DNA from: a virus
IMG/VR virus record: IMGVR_UViG_3300029220_000112
Length of the DNA: 64,000 bases
Reading direction: 5' to 3' (one strand)
Part shown: positions 1 through 8,641 of the stretch, in pieces
How positions within the stretch are numbered: the first letter of the stretch is position 1
How the letters are laid out: every line of letters starts with the position of its first letter
Notes under the pieces: model-generated
Seen by the model: only the letters and a program-made list of their open reading frames with translations
The model's database searches: none
What the model was told of the DNA's origin: nothing
Program-made: the position numbers and the translations under genes

Positions 1-28
1 GCCCACTAATACTGGGCGGTAGTAACAT

Positions 29-104
29 TCCTCCTTAGCTCAGTCGGTAGAGCATGCGGCTGTTAACCGCAGGGTCGTTGGTTCGAGTCCAACAGGGGGA
101 GCCA
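29..104 (+). tRNA. tRNA-Asn (anticodon GUU)
   Basis: Cloverleaf readable by eye: acceptor stem TCCTCCT/AGGGGGA (one G-U pair), D-arm GCTCAGTCGGTAGAGC, anticodon loop CUGUUAA, T-arm GTTGG-TTCGAGT-CCAAC, discriminator G and encoded CCA. Confidence 0.85.
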
Positions 105-188
105 TCTCAGAAGCCTTGAGCCTCAACGGGTTCAGGGCTTTTCCCTTTTCTAAAATAGCTCGAAATTCCCATGTGTCTAACGTTTTGT

Positions 189-1343
189 CTAACACGCCTG
201 AGCTAAAGTTTCGCGAATAATTTCAGAGGTCATCTTTTTCCTCGACAAATCAAGGTGTCCATATATATTACAAGTCATCTTTATATCGGCGTGACCCATC
301 CAATCTTGGACGTCCTTGAGCGAACAACCTTTGGCGAGAAGAAGGCTCGCACAACTATGTCTTAGATCGTGGAATCTTATATGCGGGAGATTATATTTTC
401 TCAATAGGTCTCCGAATTTGTGCGATATATATGACGGGTCATACATTGCGCCATTCGCCCATTTGAAGATATAATCATTCTCCACATAGGTGTCTCCAAA
501 GAACTCTCTGTTCTTCTGTTCCTCTTCTTTGAGCTGAAGCAGTAGCTCTCTAATTTCGGGAAACAGCGGAAACGACCGATAACTTGATTTGTTTTTGGTT
601 TTGTCTTTTTCAACAACCTTGGTTGACATAGAGACCGTGTGACGTATAAGGATAGTATTTGTGTCAAAATCAATGCTTTGCCACTGTAGACCCAAAACCT
701 CACTGCGCCGCAGTCCATACATGACTGTAGTTTGGATGAGCGGATGCAAAGGCTCGTCCTTTATGGTCTCAAGCAGAGTGTTAATTTCACTGGCGTTATA
801 CCACTCATACTCCCGTCTCTCAAGTTTTGGGAGCCTCACGAGTTCACAGGGATTAGACCTTATGAGCTTATGCCGCATAGCCTCCTTAAAGGCAAGCTGA
901 AGAACATTCTTGTGCAGACGAAGGGTTTTAGGTGATAGACCGCCATTCCCATCTTTTCTGCCGTGGGTCGCCTTATAGTCAAAATATTGCTGTATATTGT
1001 CAAGGTTGGCATCCACTAATTTTATTTTGTGTTCCTCAAAATACGGTTGAACATGAGAATCGACTATAACCTTATAACCGTCCCACGTTACAGTGTCTAT
1101 GAAGGGTTTCGTCTCCGTGAGCCACTGGTCTAAGTAGTCCGAGATAAGTATATTGGGTTCATAAATCAGCTGAGCACTTTCATACTCGCTAATTATTGAC
1201 CGCATAGCCGCCTCAGCTTTACGCAGATTATTCTTTACTTCATAACCTGTGTAAACCCACTTCTGCTTACGCTTTCCGGTGTTGTCTACGAAATTCAGAA
1301 CGGCATAATATTTGCCGCGTTTTGCTTGCAAGCTTCCTGTCAA
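189..1343 (-). CDS. int: phage integrase, tyrosine recombinase family
   Basis: 384-aa ORF adjacent to the tRNA. C-terminal catalytic region has R..HDLRHS...GHADIKMTCNIYGHL (R-H-R-Y signature of tyrosine recombinases). Confidence 0.9.
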   Translation of the reverse strand: MTGSLQAKRGKYYAVLNFVDNTGKRKQKWVYTGYEVKNNLRKAEAAMRSIISEYESAQLIYEPNILISDYLDQWLTETKPFIDTVTWDGYKVIVDSHVQPYFEEHKIKLVDANLDNIQQYFDYKATHGRKDGNGGLSPKTLRLHKNVLQLAFKEAMRHKLIRSNPCELVRLPKLERREYEWYNASEINTLLETIKDEPLHPLIQTTVMYGLRRSEVLGLQWQSIDFDTNTILIRHTVSMSTKVVEKDKTKNKSSYRSFPLFPEIRELLLQLKEEEQKNREFFGDTYVENDYIFKWANGAMYDPSYISHKFGDLLRKYNLPHIRFHDLRHSCASLLLAKGCSLKDVQDWMGHADIKMTCNIYGHLDLSRKKMTSEIIRETLAQAC

Positions 1344-1842
1344 TTAAATAATCTCCTTTCTGTAGTCCGCTTGCTGTTGTACGGTCATTTTAGCACAACA
1401 GCGCAAAATGTCAACTACCGGCAGAAAGAAAATTTTCAATACTCTTTTTAGTAATTAAGTAGCTTGTACCTATACGAACAGAGGGAATAGTGCCGTTATG
1501 TACAAGGTCATACGCAGCCTTTCTTCCTATTCGCAACATTGTCTGCATCTCTTTAACAGTTACCACATCAGGATAATTGTCAAACAATCAAATCATTCCA
1601 TTCCTATATTTTTTATCAGTGCCCTGCGGAAACTGTCTACTCCTCATCAGTGGAGCGACTTTCTATCCGCAGGGTCTTTTAGTTCCCGCCGCGAGTTCAC
1701 GGCTTCGTAAACCCTACGACTCGTCTACCGCTTATGGTGCGGCGCATCCTCGTAGAATGTAATCAATAACTGCATAACCGCCATTATTGCAGTTTGCAAA
1801 AATATGTAAATTTTCCATTTAAACTCCTGCACCCATAGTTAA

Positions 1843-1876
1843 TGGCGAGATGGACAGTCTATCTCGCCATTTTTAA
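1843..1876 (+). terminator. rho-independent terminator-like hairpin (plus strand)
   Basis: Perfect 9-bp stem TGGCGAGAT / ATCTCGCCA with 9-nt loop, followed by TTTTT. Confidence 0.4.
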
Positions 1877-1978
1877 GTCCCTACTTACGGCAAGAGATTT
1901 CCGCTTTTTTTAAGTCCCAACTTACGGTATGGGATAACCGCTTTTTTAAGTCCTGCTTTTACGGCGCAGGATCTCCGC
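1871..1978. repeat. three tandem imperfect ~36-bp direct repeats (TTTTAAGTCC-N-ACTTACGG-N9-WCCGC)
   Basis: Seen directly. Copies at 1871-1906, 1907-1942 and 1943-1978, between int and the HU gene. Confidence 0.7.
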
Positions 1979-2120
1979 TTAGACGTGGGTGACAGAAGTA
2001 TCGTTATATCACGCCGAGGCTCGCGAGCAGCTGGATAATTGCCACAATAGCAATACCACCAGTGAGAGCAAAGACGTTTAAAAAGTTGTAGATCAATGCA
2101 ATCAGCATAATATCTCTCCT

Positions 2121-2411
2121 TTACAGGTCGGCGTAGTCGGGCTCAGTGCTCGGGAAGAACGCTATACCCGGCACGAACTTAATAACATCCGACGGCTCCG
2201 GCACACACATCTCTCCCGTTACCGGGTGTCGGTAAGGCTTCGGCTTACGCCTGACCTTCTGAAATGTACCAAAACCATATATTGACAGCTTATCTCCGTC
2301 ATTAACGACCTTGGAGATAGCGTTGCACACTGCATTAATGCAGAACTCTGAATCACCGAGGGTGAGAGAGTTATCTTTCGCCACAAGTCTTATAAGTTCC
2401 TTGCGATTCAA
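2121..2411 (-). CDS. HU/IHF-like DNA-binding protein (bacterial histone-like)
   Basis: Translation NRKELIRLVAKD...GDKLSIYGFGTFQKVRRKPKPYRHPVTGEMCVPEPSDVIKFVPGIA matches the HU/IHF fold signature (GFGxF, R-x-G-R-NP-x-TGE). Likely TTG start at 2411 preceded by AAGGAAG. The ORF-track extension to 2537 overlaps the upstream gene and is probably not translated. Confidence 0.75.
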   Translation of the reverse strand: MNRKELIRLVAKDNSLTLGDSEFCINAVCNAISKVVNDGDKLSIYGFGTFQKVRRKPKPYRHPVTGEMCVPEPSDVIKFVPGIAFFPSTEPDYADL

Positions 2412-2430
2412 ATTATCTTCCTTTCTTTCC

Positions 2431-3414
2431 TCAAAAGGCGACAAGCTTCGTCGCCGACTCAATGTTATAACCATCTTTATCGAGACACACATAAATACAG
2501 CCCTGCTGCTGAGAGTTAACCAACGCGCCGTCACCATATCTCATTTTCTGTGTCTCACACGCCGCACCCTGCTCATACATAGTGGTGTTTCCGATTTTAT
2601 ATGAACCGAGTCTGTGCGTATGCGCCATTACAAGGCAGTTGAAATCATACCCCTCATTGCGGAACCACAGCACAGCTTTCTCCGCCGTCTTCATAGGTGA
2701 ACTGCTAAAAGCCTTCGGGTGAACAAACATTACATGACCTATCTGTGAAAACCACTCGCCAGTATAAACGACTTCGATATCATCGAATGTCTCACGAAGC
2801 GGCTCAAACCACGTCTTAATATGATTGCGACGGTCGTAATGATAGAAGCCATCAACGAAGATGTAGTCCAGTGCCGTCTCAGGCATAAGCTCCTGAAGGT
2901 CTGAATCGAGGTGGTTGGCGAGATATGCTCCGAGGCGAAGCTCATGGTTGCCGTAGTTTGCGATGACCTTCTTCGGTTTTATGTAGTCAATAAGGTCTAT
3001 AATGTACTGCCGACCCTCAACCAGTTCCTCGATACACGGTATGCGATACGACTTCGAGAATTTGGATATCGACTGACAATCAAATATATCTCCGTTGAGC
3101 TGTAGGATGTCTACACGCCCGACATACTTTGAAAATGTCTCTATAGGCTTTGCGAACGGGAAGTGCAGGTCTGATATAGACAGAACCCTCGTCGCCACGC
3201 CGCGCTCAGCTATCTCACGTTCATAGTTGCGACCGCGATTGAAAGCGGCAAATTCTTTTCGATAAGCACTCTCGCCGAGCGTCTGACCGCTTTCTGTATT
3301 GAGCAACTCGGCTATCTGGTCGCAAGTGAGACCATAAATTTTCTTGTTGTCGAAGAGCCGAACGAAGTAGTCAACATAGGACTCTCCGCTCTGCTTCTTA
3401 GCGAAGTCTTCCAT
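2431..3414 (-). CDS. calcineurin-like metallophosphoesterase with ~90-aa N-terminal extension
   Basis: Motifs SDLHFP, LNGDIFD, YGNHE and AHTHR in the correct order for metallophosphatases. GGAGGTGA RBS 7 nt upstream of the ATG. Confidence 0.7.
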   Translation of the reverse strand: MEDFAKKQSGESYVDYFVRLFDNKKIYGLTCDQIAELLNTESGQTLGESAYRKEFAAFNRGRNYEREIAERGVATRVLSISDLHFPFAKPIETFSKYVGRVDILQLNGDIFDCQSISKFSKSYRIPCIEELVEGRQYIIDLIDYIKPKKVIANYGNHELRLGAYLANHLDSDLQELMPETALDYIFVDGFYHYDRRNHIKTWFEPLRETFDDIEVVYTGEWFSQIGHVMFVHPKAFSSSPMKTAEKAVLWFRNEGYDFNCLVMAHTHRLGSYKIGNTTMYEQGAACETQKMRYGDGALVNSQQQGCIYVCLDKDGYNIESATKLVAF

Positions 3415-3421
3415 CAGCGGC

Positions 3422-3601
3422 TCACCTCCACGGTTCGTGGCGAAGCTTCTTTAGGTAGCGCATCACCTTAAAGCCCTCGGTGCAGTAGTATGTTTTCTTT
3501 CGACTGGGAGCGTAGCGGTTCGTTACCGTTATATGCGTTCCCGGAAACTTCTTTCTAATCTTAAAAGCTTCCTCCTGCGAGATTTTAACTATATAAACCA
3601 T
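3422..3601 (-). CDS. small hypothetical protein (59 aa), translationally coupled to phosphoesterase
   Basis: ATG-initiated ORF MVYIVKISQEEAFKIRKK... Its stop lies inside the RBS of the downstream gene. Below the ORF-track size cutoff. Confidence 0.3.
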   Translation of the reverse strand: MVYIVKISQEEAFKIRKKFPGTHITVTNRYAPSRKKTYYCTEGFKVMRYLKKLRHEPWR

Positions 3602-3768
3602 TCCTTTTTATCAATTTGGAGCGAGTTTTCTTACCCCTCTCCTATTGTAACCGCACGGGACACCCCTAAAATTTGTCGCATAATACGGCTATTTTAAGGG
3701 GTCGTTTATCCCGGTTGGGTCGGATTTTAGCCTATTTTTTGTAAATTTTTGCGTGATTTGTTGTCAAT

Positions 3769-4761
3769 TTACGTGAAATATTTATATCGAGTGTATCTCT
3801 TTCCATATAGCTCAACATCACCCTCGTCGTCTTCTGCGAGCAGTCCGATAGGTTCTGCACCCGCTTCGAGAACCTCATAGAACGAGGTGTTGGGGTAGCC
3901 AAAGAGTATGTTAAATATCTTACGCTGAATCTGAGAATAACGAGGTTCTTCTATCTGGCGCAAGAGGTAGACCATATCGCTCTTGGTGAACGACATATTG
4001 CCCACATACTCTACGCACTCCTGCCTGATATCGCAACACTGCATCTGTTTGACGGAAGATTCTATGTCCGAAGCATATACACTCTTTATCTCATTTGTCA
4101 TGTCTGTTACGGCATTGATGACGCGGGTGACTTTCTCGTACTGTCTACGATGAACATCTATGCCATTACCCACAAGAGCGGAGAAGGGGAGGTACTCCTG
4201 TTTCTTTCCTATCTCTTCTCTCTGAGCCCTGTACGAATTAATACAAGTCTGCACATGATCCATGGTCGTCAAATGCTTCTTGTAATTCTTTCGCTTGCGG
4301 TCATAGTAACCTTTGCCGATATCCTTCGCCTTGAAGAAGTTAGGTTTAATGGCTCTTCCGTCGTCGCCCTCAATCTTATATTTATCACGCAGTCGGCGAA
4401 GCTCCTTAGCATTATTGATATTGAACTCTTTCTTTGCTTTGTCGATTTCAATGCCGCTCATAATATTCAAGATACATACATCTTTATATATTTCCTCAAT
4501 ATCACTATAACTGCCACCACGATTAAGGACATCCCATATGCGGGTATTGAGCTCCTGACTGAGGTTGATGATATCGCCTATAAGATTGTTGCTCGTTTTA
4601 ACATCAAGGTCAACCTGCTCGTCGTGAGTATATCTGCGTTTTTTCTTAACGGACGAGACATCCGGAACTGCTATCAAAAACTTACCTTCGTTCTTAAGCG
4701 CGGCGTTAATAAGGTGAAGATTATCCGTAACAAGCGAGGTGTCTGAATCAAACCTTTGCAC
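3769..4761 (-). CDS. hypothetical protein (330 aa), lysogeny-arm cargo
   Basis: Long ORF with no recognisable motif by eye. It lies between the integrase and the repressor on the lysogeny strand. Confidence 0.5.
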   Translation of the reverse strand: MQRFDSDTSLVTDNLHLINAALKNEGKFLIAVPDVSSVKKKRRYTHDEQVDLDVKTSNNLIGDIINLSQELNTRIWDVLNRGGSYSDIEEIYKDVCILNIMSGIEIDKAKKEFNINNAKELRRLRDKYKIEGDDGRAIKPNFFKAKDIGKGYYDRKRKNYKKHLTTMDHVQTCINSYRAQREEIGKKQEYLPFSALVGNGIDVHRRQYEKVTRVINAVTDMTNEIKSVYASDIESSVKQMQCCDIRQECVEYVGNMSFTKSDMVYLLRQIEEPRYSQIQRKIFNILFGYPNTSFYEVLEAGAEPIGLLAEDDEGDVELYGKRYTRYKYFT

Positions 4762-5181
4762 CCTCGGTTTCCCGATATTTATTAGGGGAGTAGACTATCT
4801 CTTGACGTCGCTACAACGTCCACGGCACTTCCAAAATGCGGATTTTCACCGCATAAGTACAGAGTTCATAGGCGTATCAATAGACTTAGCCCGTATCTCT
4901 TAGTCGTTACACCTTCAGTGATATTTCTACCACTGCTTGGCACGGTATTGTCTTGTGGAGAAGATTTTTATATTAAGCCACTTTAAATGTATACCCCAAA
5001 TAAGGGATGTTGGTTTTTATTGATTTACTTATATGGGTTTCCAAACTTCTTTCAATAAATCTCCTTATTTTTATTCTCCATTTAGATGTTTACCGTTAGC
5101 AGTCGGTGGCTTATTCCGACCACACCCCAGATTTCTGGGTTCACCGTGTTTTTCACCACGCGTTGCCGCGTGGGGCGACCC

Positions 5182-6885
5182 TCATCGATCGCAACCCGAT
5201 AATTCGTTTAAGACATTTTCACCAATACTGTTTATACAGACTATCTCGTTCGTCAGATTAAAGTAGCGGTCGATCTCGCTACACTCCACATTCGTCGGAA
5301 CCCACACATTGCTCATTGAGATATGGGGACTGCGCGAACCTACAAGCCTCTGCCCGTACTCGAACCTCTTCGTATGTATGTTGCCAACACCCAGCACCGA
5401 CACGCCGTCGAACTTGCCGATGCTCGCCTGTAACATCTCAACTGGATTGCCAAACAAGGTTTCGTAATTGCCCTCGACAAGCACATGACCGAGCCTAAGA
5501 TTTTTTGTAAAAGACTTAAGAATATCTATCTTGAAGTCATGATAAAGCTTCGTCTGCGCAAATCTGTCATTGAGACCGAGAAGCTTATATACAACATCAT
5601 TCTTCGACTCAGCAGGGGAGATGTCAAATTCGTCTTCTATCGGATATTTGATATGGTAGCGCAGAACTGCGGGGTCTGTTCTGATAGCTGTCATATAGTC
5701 AAATGTCTCCTTGAGGAACGCCGCCGTCTCAGCCTTGTCCATCTGCAAGCTGTTGAGAAGCTGATAGTGCGTCTGCACCATGCGCCCGTCAAAAAAGTGA
5801 GTCGGCTTATCATACTTAACAACGCCAAAAGTATTGTCGATGTGCTTCATCCAATCGTTTATCGTCCCGAACTTCAGATACTTGATGCTGCTCGGCGTGG
5901 TTACTATCTTTATATCTTCCACACGCTTCGCTTTAGTGTAGCCTTTTAGCTGGCTCACCTCTGTTATGCCGTGGTCGGCAAACCACTGTTGCAAGTTTGT
6001 ATTGAAGCAACAGCATTTAAAGAAGAGATTGCGGAGTAGTATCATGCCCTTATCGCTGTATTTGCCCATAGCTGATATATCTATAAGCCCCTGTCCGTCC
6101 CAGATAGAGTTGGTTATCTGCTCGTCTTTTTCTTCGGCGATTAGGTGGTCGCCATCTTCGCTGACGGACATAACCCTATCGAAGAATTTGCTCTCGTAGT
6201 CGTCTATCACGAGAATGTTCTCAGGGTTTATTTCCAGTATATCAATAATAGAGCTTGACGGCAGAGAGATATATGACTCAAGCGCAGCAAGGTCTACCTC
6301 TTCACCCTCGGCGACTTTCAGTCCACACATCTCCCACTTGTGCATACGAGCATACAGCTTCTCGTCAATAAAGAGACACTTGCCAACGCGAGAACTGCCG
6401 CTTGACCTCTTCCACCTGACATACCTTACTCCATTACACACAAAGCCGTCATTATACAGTGTCCTGCGCAGCTCCGCTGTGCTCTTCAGCGTCTTAGGTG
6501 TTTTGATAAGCGTGTATACGCCACCTTCAAAACCGAAGTATTTACCGAGCACCTCGTCAGATACCGGATATTCCACAGGCTGTCCAAGTATTATTCCCAC
6601 CAGCTCGCCGTCTTTTATAGCCACGCAGTCATTGAAGTTAAGGTCTGAGTCTTTATATCCAAAGCGAATATACCTATTTCTGCCGGCTTTATTAAACTCC
6701 GCCACCGAGTATTTAAAGGTTACATTTATTACACGCGAGGTATACTCTTTCTTTCTTCCGTAAAAGCTGAAGTTAGTGCGGCGGTACACTTTCTCATAAA
6801 CCTCGCGCAGTTTTATCTGATCTAAACTGTAATCGAGTGTGTTGGCGTATCGTCTATAATTGACCTTGCCGTCTTTATCCACCAA
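5182..6885 (-). CDS. hypothetical protein (567 aa), lysogeny-arm cargo; possible PD-(D/E)xK-like core (NPENILVIDDYESK)
   Basis: Long uninterrupted ORF with no clear family. A weak PE...D-x-ExK pattern sits mid-protein; no Walker A motif. Confidence 0.5.
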   Translation of the reverse strand: MVDKDGKVNYRRYANTLDYSLDQIKLREVYEKVYRRTNFSFYGRKKEYTSRVINVTFKYSVAEFNKAGRNRYIRFGYKDSDLNFNDCVAIKDGELVGIILGQPVEYPVSDEVLGKYFGFEGGVYTLIKTPKTLKSTAELRRTLYNDGFVCNGVRYVRWKRSSGSSRVGKCLFIDEKLYARMHKWEMCGLKVAEGEEVDLAALESYISLPSSSIIDILEINPENILVIDDYESKFFDRVMSVSEDGDHLIAEEKDEQITNSIWDGQGLIDISAMGKYSDKGMILLRNLFFKCCCFNTNLQQWFADHGITEVSQLKGYTKAKRVEDIKIVTTPSSIKYLKFGTINDWMKHIDNTFGVVKYDKPTHFFDGRMVQTHYQLLNSLQMDKAETAAFLKETFDYMTAIRTDPAVLRYHIKYPIEDEFDISPAESKNDVVYKLLGLNDRFAQTKLYHDFKIDILKSFTKNLRLGHVLVEGNYETLFGNPVEMLQASIGKFDGVSVLGVGNIHTKRFEYGQRLVGSRSPHISMSNVWVPTNVECSEIDRYFNLTNEIVCINSIGENVLNELSGCDR

Positions 6886-6971
6886 CGAATAACCTGTGTC
6901 GGGGTACAGCTCATTTGTTATGTATATATCCTTAGCATCGATACCCGGTATATATATTGTATTACCTATAG

Positions 6972-7121
6972 TTAATTCTCCTCATCCATATCCGTATTTA
7001 TGGCTTGATTTCCATAGTCTATGTAAGCGACCTCACCCCAACTGCCGTGGCAGGGGTAGTCGTTGTCGTCGTTGCCGCAGCGGTTAATCCACGGGCAACC
7101 CTCACAAAACCCTCTATTCAA
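6972..7121 (-). CDS. small Cys-rich (zinc-ribbon-like) protein, 49 aa, upstream of the 567-aa gene
   Basis: TTG start after AGAAAGAAG. Sequence MNRGFCEGCPWINRCGNDDNDYPCHGSW... has a CxxC-x5-C-x8-CxH pattern. Not in the ORF track (too short). Confidence 0.3.
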   Translation of the reverse strand: MNRGFCEGCPWINRCGNDDNDYPCHGSWGEVAYIDYGNQAINTDMDEEN

Positions 7122-7291
7122 CTTCTTTCTCTAATCCTTTCTGTAAAATGCCGTTCACACCTCTTTCCTAAAATATCAGCCATACTCATTTTCGTTCGAG
7201 TTTTGCTGTCTACATACTATAAACTTTGGTTTAAAGTGTCCCGGTAGGGTAGTTACACCCCACATTTAATATCTTGTCTTTACTGGTTCTT

Positions 7292-8056
7292 TCACGCGCA
7301 TACCATAGGTGCGCCGATAAACCCCTTTTCTACAAGCTTCTTATGAAAGAATTGTTTGCCCTGCGGCGTAAAGAGCACCCTTACCGATACGATATCCGAC
7401 TTAGTGTACCAATCTTTTGTCTCGAATAAGCCCTCGTTGCTCTTCTTTGCGTAAGGACGAAGCTGTTTGGCTGGAGTGCGGTACAGGTACTTTTCATCTA
7501 TCAGAAAGTTAACAAACTTACGCTCAGAGATACCAAGTTCTTTGGCGGTGTCTCGAAGCCCTGTACATTTATTAGGGCTAACAAACGTGTCGTAGAAGTC
7601 CGCCTTCGGCTGAGCGACATCGAGCTTTGATTCCAACACGTTCGTTTTATCGCGCAGTTTAAGAAGCTCTTCTGCAAACGCAAACATAACATTGGGGTCT
7701 TTCTGGCATTTAGCGAGAAGCTCATCGGTCATGTAACCGCCTGTTTTACGAATAGTGGGAAGTATATCGTGTGTAACCCAACGCTTGAAAGCTTTGGCTT
7801 CGGGCTTGCGACTGCGAAGAATGATTGAATACAGCCCAGCTTCGCTTATACAATTCGTTTTTTGCTTTCTACCGTGGGGGTCGATAATATCTACCCCCGA
7901 TTTTTCGTCATCATCCAAGGTGCGCAGAGCATCTTTCAAGTTGCTTACCGCGAGAACTCGAAGAATATCGTTGGCTACAAACCACGGTTCGCCGTCAATA
8001 GTTATGGTGCGGACTTCTCCAAATTCCTCATTGTTAAATACTGTCAGTTCATTCAT
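7292..8056 (-). CDS. phage antirepressor, BRO-N domain plus KilA-C domain
   Basis: N-terminus MNELTVFNNEEFGEVRTITIDGEPWFVANDILRVL is a typical Bro-N domain. The C-terminal half resembles the KilAC domain. ATG at 8056 is preceded by AAGGAGAAAATGAA. Confidence 0.75.
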   Translation of the reverse strand: MNELTVFNNEEFGEVRTITIDGEPWFVANDILRVLAVSNLKDALRTLDDDEKSGVDIIDPHGRKQKTNCISEAGLYSIILRSRKPEAKAFKRWVTHDILPTIRKTGGYMTDELLAKCQKDPNVMFAFAEELLKLRDKTNVLESKLDVAQPKADFYDTFVSPNKCTGLRDTAKELGISERKFVNFLIDEKYLYRTPAKQLRPYAKKSNEGLFETKDWYTKSDIVSVRVLFTPQGKQFFHKKLVEKGFIGAPMVCA

Positions 8057-8338
8057 TTCATTTTCTCCTTTGTTTATAATTAAAATGTCACGAATAATAT
8101 GCAATATTCGGGACAAAGGGGAGTCGCATTTGCGTACCCCCTATACCGTTGTATAGCTATTGCTCATTTTTGAGCGATAGTACCATATCGGCAGTTGAGG
8201 GAGGGCGAACGATTTGAACACCCTTACCGGCGGTTACCATCTTCGTGAGGTTGCGAAAATGGTCTGTATCTTTATACTCAAGGTGGGCATATTCCCATTT
8301 TTGGAACCCGCTCATTTTTGAGCAGGTTCAACTTAACC

Positions 8339-8641
8339 TCACTTCTCTGCCCTGTACTTCGCTAACGCCGCCGTCGCCTTGCGTTTCTGTTCTTCGGAAA
8401 TGCTTCGAGCGGCGTTCTTTCTTATAGTAACTGCGGAAGGGATAGCCTTTAGAATCATCCCGCACACAGTGCCGTCGTCGTAAACCGTCTGTTCTATAGG
8501 TGTCCAACCCTTACGCAGCGCGGCATTGAAGTCTTTCGGAACGGTGCTGTCCATTACCCAGCCGTCGCCACTTCTATATATGTGCGTCTCTCGCTCACTC
8601 ACAGATATCTTACTCGTAATCGTCTTCGTCTTTATCGCCAT
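8339..8641 (-). CDS. hypothetical small protein (about 100 aa) downstream of the NTPase
   Basis: ORF overlaps the 3' end of the NTPase gene. No motif recognised. Confidence 0.35.
   Translation of the reverse strand: MAIKTKTITSKISVSERETHIYRSGDGWVMDSTVPKDFNAALRKGWTPIEQTVYDDGTVCGMILKAIPSAVTIRKNAARSISEEQKRKATAALAKYRAEK

Noticed and set aside
1871-1978. CRISPR array.
   Set aside because: There are only three imperfect direct repeats, with no intervening unique spacers and no cas genes. It is better explained as a binding-site or terminator array.
2412-2537. N-terminal 42-codon extension of the HU-like ORF, as given by the ORF track.
   Set aside because: The extension overlaps the upstream phosphoesterase gene. 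The HU fold begins right at a TTG preceded by a good AAGGAAG Shine-Dalgarno, so the shorter TTG-initiated gene is preferred.
4150-4746. 198-aa plus-strand ORF.
   Set aside because: It is antisense to the 330-aa minus-strand gene, with no RBS and an Ile/Leu/Phe-rich shadow composition.
6215-6763. 182-aa plus-strand ORF.
   Set aside because: It lies entirely inside, and antisense to, the 567-aa minus-strand gene. Its Ser/Pro/Leu-rich low-complexity translation is typical of a shadow frame.
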